DNA of 41,235 nucleotides from Dirinaria sp. TL-2023a (Eukaryota): NCBI GenBank assembly GCA_051941275.1, contig JAVEBF010000042.1, positions 1 to 41,235 of the forward strand, read 5' to 3'. Shown piece by piece: positions 37,301 to 41,235 of this stretch (position 1 is its first letter; each line of letters starts with the position of its first letter). The notes under the pieces were generated by a model. It saw only the letters and a program-made list of their open reading frames with translations, ran no database searches and was not told where the DNA came from. The position numbers and the translations under genes were made by a program.

Positions 37301-38186
37301 AACAGCTGGACCATAAAGCTAGTGCCGAGTGGGATCGGATAACGGCGAGGACACAATCGGCTTCAGGCGATGATAACCTCTCGGATGAGATGCGTGACGA
37401 GAGTATACTGCGGCAGCTGACGTCCACTTCTGTAATGATGGTGGTTGGCCTTTTGGATCCTCAGAGGCAGGGAAAGTTATTTACCATTTTCCCTAGTGAA
37501 GGATGCAACGTTAACAATTCACAGATCCTCCAAATACCCATGCCACCGCAAACGGTCTCCCTACGGACCATGACCACAGCAGCCACTCTTCAATGAGAGA
37601 TTATATACTTAGCACCCCGTCCGTACTCAAACCTGTTATACTCTTCTGTACCCACGCACTTCGTATGCGCGACACACGCTCGTGCTCGTTCATCACTCGT
37701 GTTTTGCGCTCTATAATTCCTCACTTCTCAGGCCCGGATGACGTGGCAGGTGAGGTACGAGAGTTCATGTCTACGGAGGTACTTAAAGCCTGCATTACTT
37801 CGGTGCACGAGCAGTATTTCGTGGATTTACAAAAGGACTTGGCTCAGCTAATAGGATCTATCATTTTGGCGTATACGCCGAGGACGGACACACCGCGAAG
37901 CGTGCTACTTTCGCTACCCTCGATGACCGCAGAAAAAGTTGACGGAGCTATTCAGCAGATTTACAAAGCCGCTAACAATCAGCATGAGCAGCGGGCCCTC
38001 GTACTAAATTTACTTGAGGGTCTCCGGGGCGTAAGCATTAGTGAACAGGGCAAAGTAGCGGTCGCCGATCCTCGAAAGGCGAGGTCAGCGCTGCAGGAAA
38101 AGTATATGACGACCAACATGGACATGGAAGCCAAGGAAGATCGGCGAAGTCCAGATCTGGAAGGCGTTGCAGATATGTTCAAATAG
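34331..38186 (+). CDS. MSN5: Exportin-5 / karyopherin Msn5
   Basis: Importin-beta N-terminal IHQAL-like start ...IRHFGLSLL...W; FLTDRFWQVGIS; EMRDESILRQLT; introns about 35186-35241, 35431-35481 and 37472-37524 (last with atypical donor). Confidence 0.88.
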
Positions 38187-38312
38187 GCGTTCTCGGAGTC
38201 AGCAAGAAGTTTGCGATAAAGCGTGGTGCAGCCGGTTTCCAGGGGTAGTTCCTGCCATGAAAATTTTTGCGGGAGTTTGTACAAGGATGTTCTGAAAGAG
38301 GTATTGTATGAG

Positions 38313-38932
38313 CTATTTGGTAGTGTATGCCGGTGTGACCGCATATGTCGGTCTCACAAATCTGTATGTAACATGCGATCAGCACATATCATCAATCGAT
38401 CAAAGTACGAGTTTGCAAGCTTGAGAATATTTTCATCGAGAACCCACCTATCACTATTATAGACCTTCGTCTCTGTGCCCATCAACTCCCTCTCCCTTGC
38501 CTGCTCGGCCCAATGTCTCCGCACCTGGTCTCGGTCCTCCTCTGCTTGCAGCAGGGGAATCAAATGTATGCGTGCCCACATCTTCTCTCTGGCCAATTCA
38601 CTACAGCAGCACCATTCGTCAGCTTCCGCGTAATATATAGCTCATATAGCTCGTTTCCGATACTCGATGTCCCCAAAGCAGGCGGCGCGTAAAGATTATC
38701 GAAGTAGAAGTGGGCGCTTTACTTGTGTTCCCTGACGCCGATTCCGTACTTCCAGAAACCATATGTCATGATCGCGCCCATGCCCAAAATGTAGTAGACG
38801 GGGCGAAATCCACGGGCGGGGAGGTTGCGCTGGTTAAGATGGGTTAACTCACGGGCGTGGCATCGACATTGAGAAGCATACCTTGTATTGGATAGGCTCG
38901 TAGCCACCTTCTGGCGGTAGATCCTGACCCAT
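38313..38932 (-). CDS. NDUFA13: NADH:ubiquinone oxidoreductase accessory subunit NDUFA13 / GRIM-19 (B16.6)
   Basis: 4 exons: MGQDLPPEGGYEPIQYK / RNLPARGFRP...GVREHN / ELAREKMWARIHLIPLLQAEEDRDQVRR...YNSDR / FVRPTYAVTPAYTTK. Confidence 0.92.
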
Positions 38933-39410
38933 CGGGACAGTGAGGGGTGCTCAATGGAGGGTTCGTAGTCCTCCAGAGGATGTTAGAAACCGCGTACTGC
39001 AGCCATACGACATTCGTCGCTTCAATATCATATCTTAAATCTAGGACAGTCCTACTTTCAATGTAAATGTCTCCCACATCAAATGTCCCCTCGGTCTCAT
39101 ACAGTTTCGCAGCTCCACCGACAGAATAGCTGGGAGAAACCTTCGCGGCATAAATGAAAGTTCGGTCCCGCTGAATGATAAAACTATTGCTGGAAGGTAA
39201 TGGCTGAATTCTCATCAAAGGTCATTGATTTCCTCCATCAATTCTTCTTGCAACAATTGCATGCGGCTTTCACAAGCTCATGAGCCAGTATTTCATTCTG
39301 TCTCTGAACTTGCACAACCCAACAATTGAACGAGGTCACCGCCTCAAACGTAGCGACCAGCGTCAAGGTAACATCATTCGCCGCATCGTGGAAGATTTGA
39401 AAACTCCAAA

Positions 39411-40547
39411 ATGGACCCTGCTACCAGCGGGGATCCTCCGCTATCGAAAAACAAATTGAAAAAGTTGAGGCGCGATGAAGCATGGGAAGCTGGTCGTGAA
39501 GCACGCAGAATCATTCGCAGAGAGAAAAACAAGGAAAGGAGGGAGAGAAAGCGTGCTACTCGGGATCTTGCAGCCACGCAACAATCAGATAGCCTTAATG
39601 GTCACACTAATGGTGATAACACCGTAGAATTCGAAGAGGCAGGCGGCCGTCGACACCCACAACATATACGAGTTCCTATAACTATCGTCATCGATTGCGG
39701 GTTCGATGAGTTGATGTTGGATACGGAACGCAAGTCACTGGCTTCTCAGATTACACGCTGCTACTCTGATAACCACAAGGCCCCATACCAGGTTCATCTT
39801 GCTATCAGTTCATTCGGAGGGCATCTCAAGGAGAGATTCGACACGGTTTTAGCGGGCCACCATCGCTCATGGAAAGGCGTGAAATTTCTCGAGCAGGATT
39901 CTGTGGATGCCGCCAACCAAGCAGAGGCATGGATGAGAGGCTCGGCAGGCGGAGAATTAGCCGGCGCTCTTGAATCCAATGATACCGCCGAAGGGCAGTC
40001 GAACCCTGGTGAAACCATTTACCTGACGTCCGACAGTCCAAATACCCTCAGCTCGCTCTCACCGTACAGCACCTACATCATCGGTGGCTTGGTCGATAGA
40101 AACCGGCATAAGGGCATCTGCTACAAAAAAGCCATGGACCGTGGAATCAAAACGGCCAAGTTGCCGATCGGCGACTACATGCAGATGACCAGCCGGTTTG
40201 TGCTCTCTACTAATCAAGTGAATGAAATCATGCTTCGATGGATCGAGTGTGGGAAATGGGGCGAAGCATTTATGAAGGTCATGCCGAAGAGGAAAGGAGG
40301 GGTGCTCAAGCCGGAGTGCGAAGAGCAGCAACATGTGCGCAGCGAAGAATTCCTCAATAGTGAGACTGAGGCCTCTGCGCTCGAAGGGGCTGCGGAGGTC
40401 ATTAGTGGGCAGAGCGATGTCGAAGTGGACAATGATGACGTCGAGCAAGGTACATCCGAGTCAGGAGACTGTCAGCCGAGGAAGAAGCGCCGCATGGATT
40501 CTTTGCAGCCTGACGATGTACCTGGAAAGATAGATCAAGGTACTTGA
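39411..40547 (+). CDS. TRM10: tRNA (guanine-9-N1)-methyltransferase
   Basis: LSKNKLKK...W; IVIDCGFDELM...SLASQITRCYS; IYLTSDS; YIIGGLVDRNRHKG; AKLPIGDY...VLSTNQV...W...VMPKRK; intronless. Confidence 0.93.
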   Translation: MDPATSGDPPLSKNKLKKLRRDEAWEAGREARRIIRREKNKERRERKRATRDLAATQQSDSLNGHTNGDNTVEFEEAGGRRHPQHIRVPITIVIDCGFDELMLDTERKSLASQITRCYSDNHKAPYQVHLAISSFGGHLKERFDTVLAGHHRSWKGVKFLEQDSVDAANQAEAWMRGSAGGELAGALESNDTAEGQSNPGETIYLTSDSPNTLSSLSPYSTYIIGGLVDRNRHKGICYKKAMDRGIKTAKLPIGDYMQMTSRFVLSTNQVNEIMLRWIECGKWGEAFMKVMPKRKGGVLKPECEEQQHVRSEEFLNSETEASALEGAAEVISGQSDVEVDNDDVEQGTSESGDCQPRKKRRMDSLQPDDVPGKIDQGT

Positions 40548-41176
40548 TATGTGTCAAACAGAGTGATAGCAGACTGCAGGAATGCTCGAAATTGTATAAA
40601 CTGGGCTCTTGGGCCTAAGCCCGTTTTGCAAACGCAGCCATACGCTTGCACTATGCCTTTAGGTGTGTCTGAAATCCACCCTCTGTATTATTTCGGTTCG
40701 ATACTAATAGTGCGAGGCAATAGCTGCATCCCATTCCGCGAAGAAAGCAAATTTCCCAATCCAAACTGCCGCATCTAATACGCCTGGAGAAGACCTTCAG
40801 CTACAATACCAAACGACAGCAGGATTTAAAGGGGTTATTCCGCGCCAAGGCTAGACACTTCATAATAGATCCTCAGGAAGATCCAGACACATGTTATGCT
40901 TCCATTCGCGGAAGCAAGATAGAATGCATCTTCGAATTTTAAACCCCCCCTCCCTTCTTTTTTCCACCTTCCAAAAGTAAATACCACCAAACCTCACCGA
41001 AACATCCCATATCCGCAGTAATCATTTCGTCATTTCATAGGAGAAAAAAGAGGAGGGGTTGGTGGGGAGGGAGAGAAAAAAGCGAAAATAGAAGCAATGC
41101 CTACCTCACCTTACCCTACCGTAAGTAATCTTACCTTAAACCTCAAAGTCTCCCTTTCGGATCCAGCGTATGCTGT

Positions 41177-41200
41177 TATGTATGTATATGTATGTATGTA
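41177..41200 (+). repeat. Imperfect (TATG)n microsatellite
   Basis: tatgtatgtatatgtatgtatgta. Confidence 0.6.
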
Positions 41201-41235
41201 CATAGTAGGTACCCCGTTCTCACAATGTATAAGTT

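Overview
Eukaryotic, intron-rich genomic DNA from a filamentous ascomycete (Pezizomycotina; short GT-AG introns with CTRAC-type branch sites). The right ~25 kb is a compact housekeeping block: GPI1, Ariadne RBR E3 ligase, spastin/Yta6-like AAA ATPase, mitoferrin MRS3/4, ATG9, COG6, exportin-5 MSN5, complex I NDUFA13 and TRM10. The left ~15 kb is accessory-like. Its main feature is absent from the ORF track: a 2-exon gene (2894->2464, minus) encoding a 119-aa secreted Kex2-processed repeat protein with eight ADYK motifs, six of them ADYKR. It is divergent from a membrane-anchored tyrosinase-like gene, and a class II O-methyltransferase follows. This looks like a minimal fungal RiPP-type locus with no DUF3328/UstYa gene visible. 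Other notable items: a 527-bp MITE with GGGG termini and a 5-bp flanking direct repeat inside that locus; an unannotated 3-exon 92-aa two-TM ORF ending 19 nt before the GPI1 ATG; and a candidate non-canonical GA-AG intron in MSN5. All calls come from manual translation and motif recognition; no searches were run.
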